Positions 11,646 to 23,860 of a DNA stretch of 64,000 bases are shown here, one piece after another; position 1 is the first letter of the stretch; every line of letters begins with the position of its first letter. Under the pieces are notes generated by a model. That model was not told the DNA's origin and made no database searches. It saw nothing but the letters and a program-made list of their open reading frames with translations. The DNA is from Octopus bimaculoides. Lineage: Eukaryota. Both the position numbers and the translations under genes were made by a program. The stretch is taken from NCBI RefSeq assembly GCF_001194135.2, contig NC_068986.1, forward strand, positions 43,238,350 to 43,302,349. The letters are read 5' to 3'.

Positions 11646-12950
11646 ATTGCCTTTGCAGAGCTTCTAATGCTGGTGATGTACTACGGTATCAGCTGTTCAC
11701 TACCAGTGAACTAAGGTAACACCCGTTATTTTTCGACCACCATCCGGTGTATTCGAGTGGTTCCAAGCAGTGCTGTTTTCTGCAAGTGATCCACCCTTAT
11801 TGGAGCCCGTATTTGTTCCGTGTACTTCTCAGGATTTTTAATCACTGCTCCCAGGGTGCCGACAATTATTGGTACTACTACCACCTTTTTCTACGACCAC
11901 AACTGCTTAACCTCCCACATGAAACTCTCGCATCTCTCGACTTTTCTTTCTTCCTTATCGCATATTTTGTTGTCAGCTGGGCAAGCTATATCTACGATCC
12001 AGCATCGATTGCTTTCTTTCTCAATTTACACTATGTTTGGTTTCCTATTCGTATTATAATTTTCGATTATGCCTTCGGGTTTATGTTCGTATCACATTTT
12101 TGCTCTGTCAAGTCCATACTTGTTGTAAAGCTTCCAATGGACAATCCTTGCTATGTTGTCATGACGTCTTTTATATTATTCCTGGGATACTGGCGTACAT
12201 TGACCGATAATATGCCATACGGCTTTACAGTTTTGTCCACAAATTCTGCACTTATCATTTTCCGATATGTTGTCTATTCTGTATTTGATGTAATTGGTTC
12301 TTAATGATTGCTCTTGGACAGCACAGATTAGAACCTCCGTTTCCGGTTTTAAATCAATTTTAGCCATCCATAGCTATCTTTTTTTCTCTGTCTGCCTTAT
12401 CTGCAACATCCCTATGAAATTGTCCATGCATTCTTTTCCTTATCCACCTATTTTCAGTTTCCTTCATTCTCAAGTCCTTGTACAGTGCTTTATCTTTGCA
12501 ATCTTTCATCCTACACAAGCCTGACCTTACTTCCAATAATAGTGATTTTGTGGCATTTTTACAAACCACGCTATGTTGTTTTCTTCTACTTTAATGCTGT
12601 GCTTGCATCCAATCAGTCCTCTTCCCCTCTTTTTCTTGGTACATACTGTCTGTTTGTGTCACTTTTGGGGTGGATTATCCCATATCTAGTCAGTAACTTC
12701 CTTGTCTTTCTGTCTAAGCTTCTAGTTCGTATACTGTCCATGCGATAACCCTTGGTCCGTATCTAAGGAGTGAAACCGCATAGATGATAGCTTCAATCTT
12801 ATTCCGTCCGTTTAATTTCGACTTACGGGTAAGTCTCAGTCTGCGCAAGTACGCCACCTTAATTTTTTCTGTCATTTCTTTCTCCATCAATTTATCCATT
12901 TCCAATACCCCCAAGTACTCATAGCCCGTATCATCTATTTTATTTCTTTG
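11646..12950 (-). mobile_element. R4/Dong-clade retrotransposon, 5'-truncated (family B)
   Basis: GYEYLGVLEMDK...YLRRLRL..KSKLNGRNKIEAI, LKPETEVLICAVQEQSLRTNY, CCHC finger CRICGQ...VWHIIGQC, RLE region, and a 3' end at (TAA)n. Homologous to 37063-38293 and 40044-40462. Confidence 0.9.
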
Positions 12951-13190
12951 AATTGGCCATACAGGCCTCAAACAGAAGCATCCGGGGGCTGGACAAAACA
13001 CATGATGAATGAATGACAAAGTAAATAATGAAATTAGTAGGGAAGGCAAGCGGCGCCCACTGATCACTGCTTCCCGAAAACATTGTTCTTCTTTTCTTTT
13101 CTAACAAATTGAGGTTATAAATCTCTTACTTTCATTCAATTGGACCCAAAGTCCTTACAAATGAGGCACTAAGCCTCTTAACTTATTTCA

Positions 13191-13457
13191 TTATTTTCCG
13201 CCCCGCCGGCGGCCGACCAGGCTCAATGCCTCACTCAAGCACGTCGACGGTGCTAGGTCGGTGTGTTTCAGCAGGAAGCGGAATGTGTCTTCGGGGAAGG
13301 AGTTCATCACCTTGCACAAATCTGTTTCCCACACGACTTCCGCAGCTACCTGCGGAGGCCAATCAGGGTCCTTAGTACAGGTTAGAACCCCTCCCCTCCG
13401 ACCTAGTTGTTGTACGTCTAACGACACGTGCTGCACGTCACTCCCGTAAGTTTGTCG
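13191..13457 (-). other. unassigned GC-rich open frame (about 88 codons, ends ...EALSLVGRRRGGK*)
   Basis: Stop-free, CpG-rich, natural-looking composition. Weak resemblance to a Tx1 ORF2 C-terminus (AEVVW), but no convincing family call. Confidence 0.3.
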
Positions 13458-13459
13458 TT

Positions 13460-16400
13460 ATTCATATTGTTAGACATTCACAAATATTGTACATTTCTTA
13501 TCGTTACTTAGATAAACTAAGCAGGAGCTTGGGGACTTATTTAGTTTGTCTGCATCTGTACCCTTTTTGGTGTTTATTTGGGATAAGACATCACTCATTT
13601 TTTTTTTTTTGTTGCAAAGATAAGATAGCGAATGTGAGTTGTCCGTCCGCTGAAAGGAACAGCCGGTCATCCGGGAAAGAGAACACCCAAGTCGTAAAGA
13701 ACAGCAACTGCTCTAGCAGCAGCAACAACAGCAAAAACAACAGCGCACCTGAAGTCTATGAAAGAAAATTTCCTTTGCTTTTACCGCCACTTTCTCTATT
13801 GCAAGAAAATAGAAATCCATGACAACAAAAATCAGCGACACATGCGAGAGCTCTGCCACTTCCACCGCTACCGCCGATGACAGCAACAAGCCCACCACCA
13901 GCATCATTAAAGAAAAAAATAAAGAAAACAAAACATGCAAATTCACTTTAAACGTGTTGGGCTTTGCGTGACCGACCCGAGAAGCAAGTGAAGACATTTT
14001 TAGAAACGAAAATGAATTAAAAAGTGCTAAGTGTATGTTGCTGAAGTGTGGGAGGAATGTAATACTAAACATTCCTAGAAGTGTCCAGCAAAAAGTTAAT
14101 TTGCGGATAATTCTATATAAAACATTTGGCGCCAAAAGTAGGAAAGTAGAGCAAGCAACACAGAAGAAAAATGTTTAAAACCAGTTTGGAAGAGCAAAAC
14201 TTACGTAGCCAGAGGGAAGAAATATGGAACTGATAAAGTGAGGATTGCCTAACAGAAGGTCACAAATCATTCGAAAGCTATCCTAACGAGTGACGAACTC
14301 ATACTCATCCTGAAGAGTATTTTAAGTTAGAGTACTCAACATTCCACCAGAGATAAACATCTCGACATAGAACAGAAAATCACGATTCTGCGAATACAGA
14401 GAATGCAGAAGCAGAATTGGTTATGACAGGGGATGCAGCTATTAATACAAACTGACCTGGGGCGTCGAGGCTATCTTGGACTACATAAGCATACCAGATT
14501 GCCCAACGTTTCACGTGGTGTTGAGGGCAGAAACGAGGATATCAGCTGTGTGGGTACTCGAACCATCTCATAGATTTCTGGCCACAACAAAAAAGAGAAG
14601 TGACCGCCCCCATTGTTGCCTACACCACTTCCACCACAGCAACATTAGAAGCAGGTGACTACTACATCTGAAAAAACAACAGTAACAGTAGTAGTGATAA
14701 CTGCAATCACAGAAGCACCGACAGCAGTAGCAGCAACAACACCAAGAATAACAGTGGAAACGTAACAAACAAATCACCAGCATCGGCAGCAGCAAGAGCA
14801 ACAGCATCAAAATCCCCCCAAACAACATCAACTTCATCAACAAAAAAAAAACACAAAAAGCTCAGCAAGATTTGCCCCACCCGTGTTCGGAGCAATCAGA
14901 CACGCCCTGCGATGAGGGAGAGCTAGCAGGATCCTAATTGGCAAAATGTTCATAAATAACACAAAAGAAAAATGGAATAAAGTAACACCGACATCAACAC
15001 AAAAGACTGGCAGCTATGACCAGAGTGGAGAGACACCATCGAAAATAAATTCTCAGATGTCTCGCCCAACAGCAGCCGCGACATTACAGTCAACAGCATC
15101 ATCCCCATTACAACCATCACCATCACCACTATCACAGACACCACCATCACAAGCACAAACCAATTCATACAAACATCACACATACTGACTTTATCACACC
15201 AGGAAACACACCAAATACATTTGAAAGTCGTACAAACATCGCAACACACAACACCATCATAATAAAATGTTCTGAAAGAGTAATGGCGTTCCAGAGAGAT
15301 ATAAGCAAAAGAATATGCAAAGAACTGCTCGTGGAAACATCCACACATACGTATAGGGGCGGAGCATCTAAATTACTGTAAGTAAACTTTTCCGTTTCTA
15401 TACCTTGATCTAATATGACTTTGCTCAGAGTAGACAGTATAAATGTACGTAGCTTCGAGTGGCCGTGAAAACATGACCATCTGCTCAACGACCTTAGGTC
15501 ACTAAGTGTCTCTGACCGACAAAATTTCATACCCGTCTTCAGTGGATTCGAGATATATTTATCTCCAAGTCAACCGGGTACCAAAAGTGGAACGGTGGTG
15601 TTGTTCTGGAGAGGTCTGAATCAGAAGATTAGGACTATCGCCCTGGAGGCAGAAGGTAAGTTAGTTGTCCTGGATCTGAACAGTAGTGTAGAAGTTCCCT
15701 CAGACTGGTGGCTATTTATGCTCCGACAGCAACAGGAAGTCGGATTTCTTCATACGTTTAGAGGTTTTCCTAGGAACGTCTCCATCTTTAGTGTTAGTGG
15801 GCAATTAGGAGGCCGTCTCCGCGTCACGCTTGGACAGTGTGAGGCTAACGTGTAGAAGAGGGTGTGATAAATGCCTCGCAAATTTGCTCAGACATTTCCA
15901 ACTGCCTGACAGGTACCGATTTGATTTCCCTGATGTGGCAATGTGGCCCTGGACTAATCACATCGGGTCATCTAGGTCGTATCTAGACAGAGTATTCTGT
16001 AAGCTAGTAGATAAAAATAGTATAAGTTATCCACTTTTCAAACTGGTAGGCTGCACTGACCACTAATTTGTGATCTGTGCGATCGACCTAAATAGACTTA
16101 GAAGGCAGGGTCTCGGTTACTGAAAGCTGAACCTTCACTTCCAGCATGCCAAGCTTACAGATACCGGATTAGAGAATTAGATATGCGGGAGTTGACGAGG
16201 GCAAACGTCAACAACGAATGGTTGTTTGCCCTGAAAATGGCAATTAGAGTAGAATCAGTTAGGTTTAGTAAGATATATTTGATAGAAAGGAGTGAAGTAG
16301 AAGGGAACTTAGAAATTAAGAAAGGGGAGCAGAGTTTTGGAAATGCAGGTAACAATCATGGATATACGGGATTCAATGATGTGTTGCACGGGTGTGATGC

Positions 16401-18240
16401 TGCAAATCGCCTGATTTGGATAGTCTGTCCTGTGAGCTTTACTTTTATATTCCAGACTTGTTTGGTGATTCTCTTGCAGATATCTACCACAACTGGCGGC
16501 AGAACAGAAGAATCCAAAATTCTGTGAGTCAAGGAGCGGTGACTCTGCTGAGAAAGAGCCCAAACAATGGAGATTAGATAGACTTCAAAATTTGGGCCGA
16601 GATGTGAGAAAAGAGATCAGCGCTTGTCATCGAGGTGATGCGCAAACATGTGCTATCCCAAACAGATCTATCCACGACAACCTCCACCTCATGTGATACA
16701 GCATAGACAGAGTGAGTAAGGAACCTGCCATGGATGGGGCCTTGATCAATTTGGGTCAATCTAAAGCCTTCGATAGGGTCGACCACCAAAATCTTAGCGG
16801 CCGTTCTGACGGAGGCCGGATTCGGTCCCGTTTTCCGTGGCTGAATCGCTGCAATGTACAGTGATATTTATTCGGTAGTTCGGATGAATCGTTACCTATT
16901 GGAACCATTCACCGTCATGCGCTCGGTCTGTCAAGGATATCACCTCTCGTCTCTTCTTGAGCTCTTATTGCGGAAATTGGAGTAGTTGTAAGTCATGACT
17001 CGCGAACTAGGATGTGAGAAACCGTGTCGTCATACGCAGACCACATCAGCGTCATAGTGTCGAACAGCAGGCATATAGACATGGTCGAAACTACTATAAA
17101 AAAACGAGTCGGTGACAGGAGCAAAAATTAACCAAAAAAAGCCAATGGGCTTGCACCTCAGCACCCGGTGAGTCAAGTCCATACTGTGCAATAACTTCGT
17201 AGGACGCTGGACGGAGGGACTTGTTAAATTGCTCGGGTCCTGGTTTGGTCCAGATGTCCAAGTGGAGAAGAGCTGGGATGTGGTGACGAGCAGTGTGGCG
17301 AATCTCATCTGAAAATTCGGGCGCAGGAGGCCAATGAATACATCACCTCCTTCATATACTATCACCTAACTGTCGTACCTTGCCTCAGATTATGTCAGAC
17401 CAAACTGGAGCGCATACTCTTCGGCTGTCTGTAGGAAGGGCGCATTCCACTTGACAGTTGCTCGATTTGCTGTCAATACCCGCTGAATGGAGGGATGGAC
17501 ATGATGTGGCTGCTGATGCACAGACATGCGCCGAGGCTGCGACATCTCAGTGCTTCCTTGACGGTGAGCAGTTGTGGTCGCCGTTTGACAGACAAGATTT
17601 TTCTATAAAGCTCTCGTCTTTTCCTGAGCTTCAATCCTGGTTGAAGCGTAGACCTAGAGGAATAGCGCCTGGAAGTTAGAGTGTCGTCAAATATTCAGAG
17701 TTCTCTATCAGTCGGGCTATGCGGTCGGTGGAATTTCCACTCAGACGTTCTATAGAGTGTTAGTGGCAGGCAAGTGCGACGATCGTTCTTAGGCAGGCTT
17801 TGGGCATCGATGAGAATAGGTTAGTTTGCTCGTCTGTCGTGGAGGACTTTCGGACCAGAAGCCATGGATAACTTCCAGAAATCTCTAACTTGGCAGTGCT
17901 ACCATGGAGCATTTTCGATTCGGTATAAATTCTACAGGCATAGAAGTACCGTCAGCCAAGATTGTCCGCAAGCTTGCAGAGCGACGAAACTGTTTGGCAC
18001 ACTCTCGTTAGTGCCCGAGAATTGCTGAATTGTGGGCTTAAGTCTAACATTTGCTGTTGAGTGTAGGACGGATCTGGTTATTAGTTGAATCCATCGTGAA
18101 GATCGCCCCGTCGCTTTCATTTCATCGGGAAGAACAAGCAGTGTTTCTTTGTGAGGTGAGCTCAGTGAAAGAGGTTGTGTGGTGAACCAGGTTAAAAGGG
18201 CTGAAGATTGACACGGCCTGCAGGGGACAGAGTTAAGGCG
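13460..18240 (+). mobile_element. L1/Tx1-clade LINE, near full-length, degenerate (ORF1 about 13640-14900, ORF2 from about 15415)
   Basis: ORF1 pieces (KFTLNVLGFA...LLKCGRNVILNIP), a low-complexity linker, APE start (MTLLRVDSINVRS..., VVLFWRGLNQKIRTIALEAEGKLVVLD), RT (ALINL.QSKAFDRVDH, AYADHI-like) and a C-terminal KEVVW-type motif near 18170. The 3' end is cut by a SINE. Confidence 0.85.
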
Positions 18241-18254
18241 ATTGCATTGACTCT

Positions 18255-18410
18255 AGTGTTCAACTGGTACTTATTTTATCGCCCCTCCACCGGAAGGATG
18301 AAATGCAAAATCGTCCTCGAATTTGAAGTCAGAACGTAAAGTCAGAAAGCAACGCCTCTAAACATTTTTATTTGCAGTGGTGACGGTCCTGCCAGCTTAC
18401 CGCCTAAACC
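18255..18410 (-). mobile_element. SINE family 1, decayed
   Basis: CTGCCAGCTTACCGCCT head and GGATGAAATGCAAA central motif on the reverse strand. Confidence 0.7.
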
Positions 18411-19144
18411 ATCTCCTGATATCAAATCCCATTTCAATTTGGACCAATGGCATTCAGTGGCAGAATGCCTTACATATTTAGTTACATGTCTTTATGGTTT
18501 GCATTCACGTTTCAACTAGATCCGTTTTTTTTGGGGGGGTTTTTTTCCTTCCAGTATTTATAAAATAAGCAGCAGCGAAGAATCGGTATCTATTAATGAA
18601 CTGTCTACCCTCTATTCCAAATCGTGGTACCTTGCACCTATAGCTGACATCATTATTATTTTGAATAATGCTTTCCAAATGTATTGCTCAAATTTGAAAT
18701 GATTTTTTATTCATGCTTCAGATAACATTCAAATAGCAAGTCAATTATATATTCATAGTATATGAAATCAATCCGGCTTATCGTATTATATATTTTGTAG
18801 GAAATTATTCCAATAAATATTAATGCAAATTATGCGTAGAACCGAATTCTAATTACTTTTTAATACTTAAATTAGATTTAGTTATATAAATGTATAACAT
18901 TTCATTAAATATTATATCAAATTTAGAAAATTAACAAGATATGCCAATCACATCATTATATTTGTCATGCATCCAACATTTTCTAATGATTGATTTAATA
19001 TAAGAATTCCAGTTTTTCAGTAAAAGTAGTAAAACCCAGACAAGATTTTAACGTTTGAATATATGATCATACCACTCTGCCCATGTTATTGCATATAATC
19101 ATTTTGAACGTAATTGACCCACTGTGTTGTCTTATATGTCCAAA

Positions 19145-20040
19145 CACAGAGTGATTGGGCGAAATTTGATGATTTGTTTCTTTCTTTTCTTCTTCAGGAA
19201 GAGCTTAGTACATTCGTGAACAGTTAACAGTGTTGGAGAACATAAAGTTTAACGCTGTGTTTGAGAAAACGTTAGTTGACATGGAAGACTGAGAACCATT
19301 TGAATATTGGAAAAGAGTTACCTGTGTCATGATGATTCGCGCCGGAATTAAAATACCGACATCATGACTCTGCTCAAAGCTCTCTGAATAATTTAAAGTC
19401 TGTAAGACTTGTTATGGATAGCTGCAATGGAGACTACGAAACCGTGGCCAGCAGGTAGGGACACAGAATGCGTTTCGACTGTGCCCACATATCGGAATTG
19501 ATTATTACAGCTTTGAAATGGGCTTTAACTTAAATGCAGATGGCTATGTAAAGCCGCTAGAAACTGTCGTCAAACTCTGTCTGGAGAGGCTTGATGCTGA
19601 AAGGCCAGATGTGTAGCAGGAGGATTTGTCTCCTTGCCATAATTCTGAAAAGGTTCAGAAGTGTTTGTCGTAGAGGCTTCACCAATCCGAGCTTCTGTAT
19701 TCCTAATTACCCCAATTGTAATCCCATGGGTAGCTATGTGATGGGCACGATTGAAAAAGACTCTCGTCGATCATGGGTACCAAGGCCGAGTTGGTACCCA
19801 TGATCAAGGAGATGATCGCAGATCATCCCAGGGACGCAATGTAGAGTGCATGCGTCAGGTTCCAGAACTGTCTTAGAACTACGGTAGAAGATGAGGCCTG
19901 CTACTTTGAGTAAACTGTTATCTTCCAATCATAATCTATTTGATATTTTTTTTAAATCTATAAATTACTTTTATTTTTTGGCAGAACATTGTTTTCTTTT
20001 CCTTTTATGCAAGCTGTCAAATTTATCCCGAACACCTGAT
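19145..20040 (+). mobile_element. Tc1/mariner-superfamily element of maT/DD37D type, internally deleted, both TIRs present
   Basis: N-terminus DSCNGDYETVASR joined to GFNLNADGYVK.LETVVK...QEDLSPCH...PNYPNCNPMG...; TIR-like CACAGAGTGATTGGGCGAAATTTGA (19145) matches the reverse complement of TCAAATTTATCCCGAACACCTGAT (to 20040). The DD37D call comes from my recognition of the family. Confidence 0.8.
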
Positions 20041-20089
20041 ATAAATGATTATTTTTAAAGATATTTCTAAACACTTTATGCATTATTGT

Positions 20090-20870
20090 ACTACATTTTT
20101 GCGAACTTCACTGCTCACTTTTCCAGCAAAACTCTACTCCACATTTTGATCTATCTTTATCATGCATCTCATCTGGAAACTTTATAAAATTTAATTCTCT
20201 TTCTCTCGTCTTCATGTTTTAACTTTTAGTTAAAACCCAGTATTCTTCTGCAGTATTCTTCCTTGAATAAACATTGCAATATATATAGATTCATTTTGTA
20301 GAAAAACATATTTATCACATAATTTACAAATTTGCTTTCTCTATAACCTACAACAGTTTTAATGTTAAAAAACTTGTTCATTTGTTCAATGTTTACAGCA
20401 TAACAACACTCTTCTAACCTGATTTAACATTCAGTATGAACCAGAATGTGTTTTACCAATAAAATAGCATTTACCTACAACATATCACGCAATGACACTT
20501 TACATTGACAATATTTTCATTGTCAGCATAAACGCTAAATCCAGGCTTTCTACTTGAACAATTAGCACCGTTGTTTCGTATCCAACGTAAATATTTTCTC
20601 ACTGCATGTATTGGAATTTCACCCACTAAGCTGCATTAAAATCTATTATTTCCAGTTAAAATAAACCAAGAATAATATCTTTCAGCATAATTTTCGTTCA
20701 ACATACTGACACTTATCAAAGGTATATTATGGATACGGCGGCTCGGTGAATTTTAAATGCCATAGCAGTTTTAGTCTCCTATATACTTTCTATGTTCAAA
20801 TAGCATCTAAGGTTCGATTTTATATGGCCTTACCGTAGTTGGTAAAATAATTTTACAATATTAGTTTAGG
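20090..20870 (-). mobile_element. very decayed CR1/L2-type RT remnant
   Basis: The minus strand has an FSVYADNENI (YADD-like) stretch near 20530. Otherwise heavily interrupted. Confidence 0.35.
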
Positions 20871-20991
20871 CATGGCCAACATATTAATAACTTTGTTTGG
20901 AAATCCTGTAGTGCCGGATTGGATATGCGAATGGAATCTGATATACGGAAAATGTACTGAAAGCGATGGTATGTATATATATGTGTGCGTG

Positions 20992-21218
20992 TTATTTCTT
21001 TACTACCCACAAGGGGCTACACACAGAGGGGACAAACAAGGACAGACAAACGGATTAAGTCGATTATATCGACCCCAGTGCGTAACTGGTACTTATTTAA
21101 TCGACCCCGAAAGGATGAAAGGCAAAGTCGACCTCGGCGGAATTTGAACTCGGAACGTAGCGGCAGACGAAATACGGCTAAGCGTTTCGCCCGGCGTGCT
21201 AACGTTTCTGCCAGCCCG
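20992..21218 (-). mobile_element. SINE family 1 subfamily with a different tail
   Basis: Well-preserved GAGTTCAAATTCCGCCGAGGTCGACTTTGCCTTTCATCCTTTCGGGGTCGATTAAATAAGTACCAG on the reverse strand. Confidence 0.9.
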
Positions 21219-21227
21219 TGCGTGTGT

Positions 21228-21287
21228 GAATATATGCATGCATATATACAAATATATATATATATAAAGAGAAAGAGAGAGAGAGAG

Positions 21288-21340
<53 letters not shown>
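21228..21340. repeat. compound (TA)/(GA)/(GT) microsatellite
   Basis: Direct reading. Confidence 0.95.
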
Positions 21341-22229
21341 TCGGAAGAAACCAGTGTTTTGTATGCCTTTAATTCAAAGGTGACTTTGCCAATCAACTAA
21401 TAGAGGTCGGTACGGTGCAGCTATAGCCGTGTTGTTAAGACGTTTCGTTTTGCAAACATTTGATTGCCTGTTAGATTCTACTGCGTAGTGCCTTAGATAA
21501 ACCTATTAAACTATAGCTTCATCTTCACTAAATACGGTAATTAGAGGAGGAGCATTACCAGGTTCATTCTGATTGAGAAACGGCATAAAAACGATGAAAA
21601 TGTTATTGAAAACCCTCTTCTAAAGAGATAAGATGTCCTGGCTATAATTCTGGAACCCAATGCAGTTGATAGGCTATGCTATGCTATGTTGTTTTGCAAA
21701 CCCTAGCGGATGAACCCTTCCTTCCTAGTTCATAGTGAGTAGCAACTTCTTCAAGTTGGTTTAGATTATTTTCGACGACTCGACTCAGCGGCTGCAGGTG
21801 ATGATTATCAGTTTCTCGCTTAAATTTTAAAAATTAAGCACATAGAGTGTAAATTGCTTCACATACAAGACAGGTTTATGGCGTTAATGCCATTGTGTGA
21901 TGGGTTAGAGATACGAGTTATTTTGTTTAAATATTAATCAAATGATCGCAGAGTTCAAAGATACCACTGTTTAGACAAGACTCATATTTATCCACTCCGC
22001 CACTCAGATTTTATTTACTACATCCTTTTGCAATTTTTCCTTATAGAAAAATTCTAAGATGTCTTTCCTTCCCCTTTTGTAATGAGTCCGCCAGGATACT
22101 TATGATTGCACCAATGGTTTTCCTAGTTTCTCTGAAACCAATGAAACTGTATTCTTCTCTGAGACTATATTCTTCAGGAAAGTATTAAATTGCTCCTGTA
22201 GTAAAACATGATTAGGAAGGGAATCTCAG

Positions 22230-22660
22230 AGCACTGTCACTCTAGACGGTATAATGGCGTAGTGTCAAGCCAAGCCTGAGGTATGGACACGATATAGTTG
22301 ACTGGAGGAGGAAAGTGGTGAGAGCTACGGAAGCTCGATTGTAGATGACACGAGCTCAGCCAGATCCAAGAAGCAGAGGTATCTATAGTAACGGTGGAAA
22401 AGGTAGAGTGAGAAGACAGCGCATCTCGGAGCCTGAATTTGAAGTCTGTTGGCAAGCAACTATATACCAATCAACCAGCTAAATATATTTTGGTTGTTGT
22501 CTTGGATGTCTAAATGTGTTGTAACAGCACCATTCTAAATGTCAGAGCAGTATTCCACAGTGTGTCATTCTATCTTTGTACAGAATTGGTAAGTGTTGAC
22601 AACTGAAGAATGTTCTGGTCTTGAAGGGAAGGTGCAGTGTTTATTAGGTTGCATGTACTA
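22230..22660 (-). mobile_element. L2/CR1-type LINE 3' coding remnant
   Basis: The minus strand reads LSSHSTFSTVTIDTSAS...LSSCHL..SFRSSHHFPPPVNYIVSIPQAWLDTTPLY, resembling the post-RT region of L2/Crack elements. Confidence 0.5.
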
Positions 22661-23704
22661 TGTTGAGGCTTATTCCACCTTTCTGAAATTCAATCCGTTG
22701 CAAATTAGCGTGCCATTTAAAATTAAATCACCGTTGAGACAAACTAATGAAATCGTCCTGATATAATAAAATTTGAAAGAAATTCTTTGAGTATGTACAC
22801 AGTTTTAAACCGATAATCAGACTTAGAATTTCACAATGCAATATCGAATGGCCTACTAAGTTATTAAGCAATGGTTGTGCTGTATTCAGACGATTTTTTA
22901 ACAATGAATTACTTGGTCATAGAAATATTGACATTGACGTACAAATGTTACGACAACCAAAGAATGCACATTTTGAATACTTTAAGAAAAATCTCCCTCT
23001 AAAAAAAAAATAAGCCACTTGATTGAGAATAATCACTCAAAAATCATATCTTTGCCAGCTCAAACTCTCCTACCGCTATCAAGTCAAATTCAACAATAAT
23101 CGTATGTCTTTACGCCACTGCAAACAGTTTTCAGCTTATAAACTGCATACCATCATGACTTAAATTTACTTAAGACACCAGGCACTCTTCTCTCATCTAC
23201 AATGCTTCAGCTCTTACATCTTGTACAAAGCAAATTAGCCTAAACAAAACATTAATTTAGATATCAATCTCCAATAAATGACCAACACAGCTCTTTGTTA
23301 AATTATTCCATTGCTATGTTGCTTGGCAATTGTTACAGAAGTAAATAAATACGCTGAGCAAAGAACAGAGAGTTAAAAAATATGTCGTGACACATGCTGC
23401 TTAATGTCAATTCACAAAAGAAAAGTCTAAAACAGACTGTCAAGTTTAGATTGCTTTATTTATTGCAACATTATAAACCTATATATGTTATGCTATAAAT
23501 TGTTATTTTATACATTAGTAGAAATCAACTATTCGTATTAAAAAAAAATAGACATCCAATACGAGTAAAAGTACTTATGTCTTCAAGTTTTAATAAGTAG
23601 ATATTACTCCTCGAAAAGATTAGCTGCTAAAAAGTCTGACGTTACAAGGAACGCAATTTATAGAAGAACCGATGTTCTAGTATATTAATACTGTTTCAAG
23701 AAAC

Positions 23705-23860
23705 AAGTCGGTGAGCTGGCAGAATCGTTGGCACCCCATTGAAAATGACTACCATCATTTCGTCTGTATTCACGTTCTGAGTTCAAGTTCCACCGAAGTT
23801 GTCTTTTCCTTTCTTTCCACGGGGATTGATGGAATCGACTTACCCTCACCAAAATTTAAA
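23705..23860 (+). mobile_element. SINE family 1, decayed
   Basis: GGTGAGCTGGCAGAATCGTTGGCAC head and GAGTTCAAGTTCC B-box. Confidence 0.75.

Noticed and set aside
11467-11719. ORFs with poly-Tyr/Ile/Leu/His runs (also near 21200, 27580, 32900, 33300, 43914, 49060, 58960, 61650, 63241)
   Set aside because: They are stop-free readings of microsatellites, not genes.
12939-12944. AATAAA on the minus strand as a polyA signal for the orphan ORF at 13191
   Set aside because: It overlaps Dong coding sequence (KEI.DDTGYEYLG), so it is not independent evidence.
13002-13063. C/D-box snoRNA-like ATGATGA...CTGA
   Set aside because: No terminal stem, no C'/D' boxes and no rRNA complement that I could identify.
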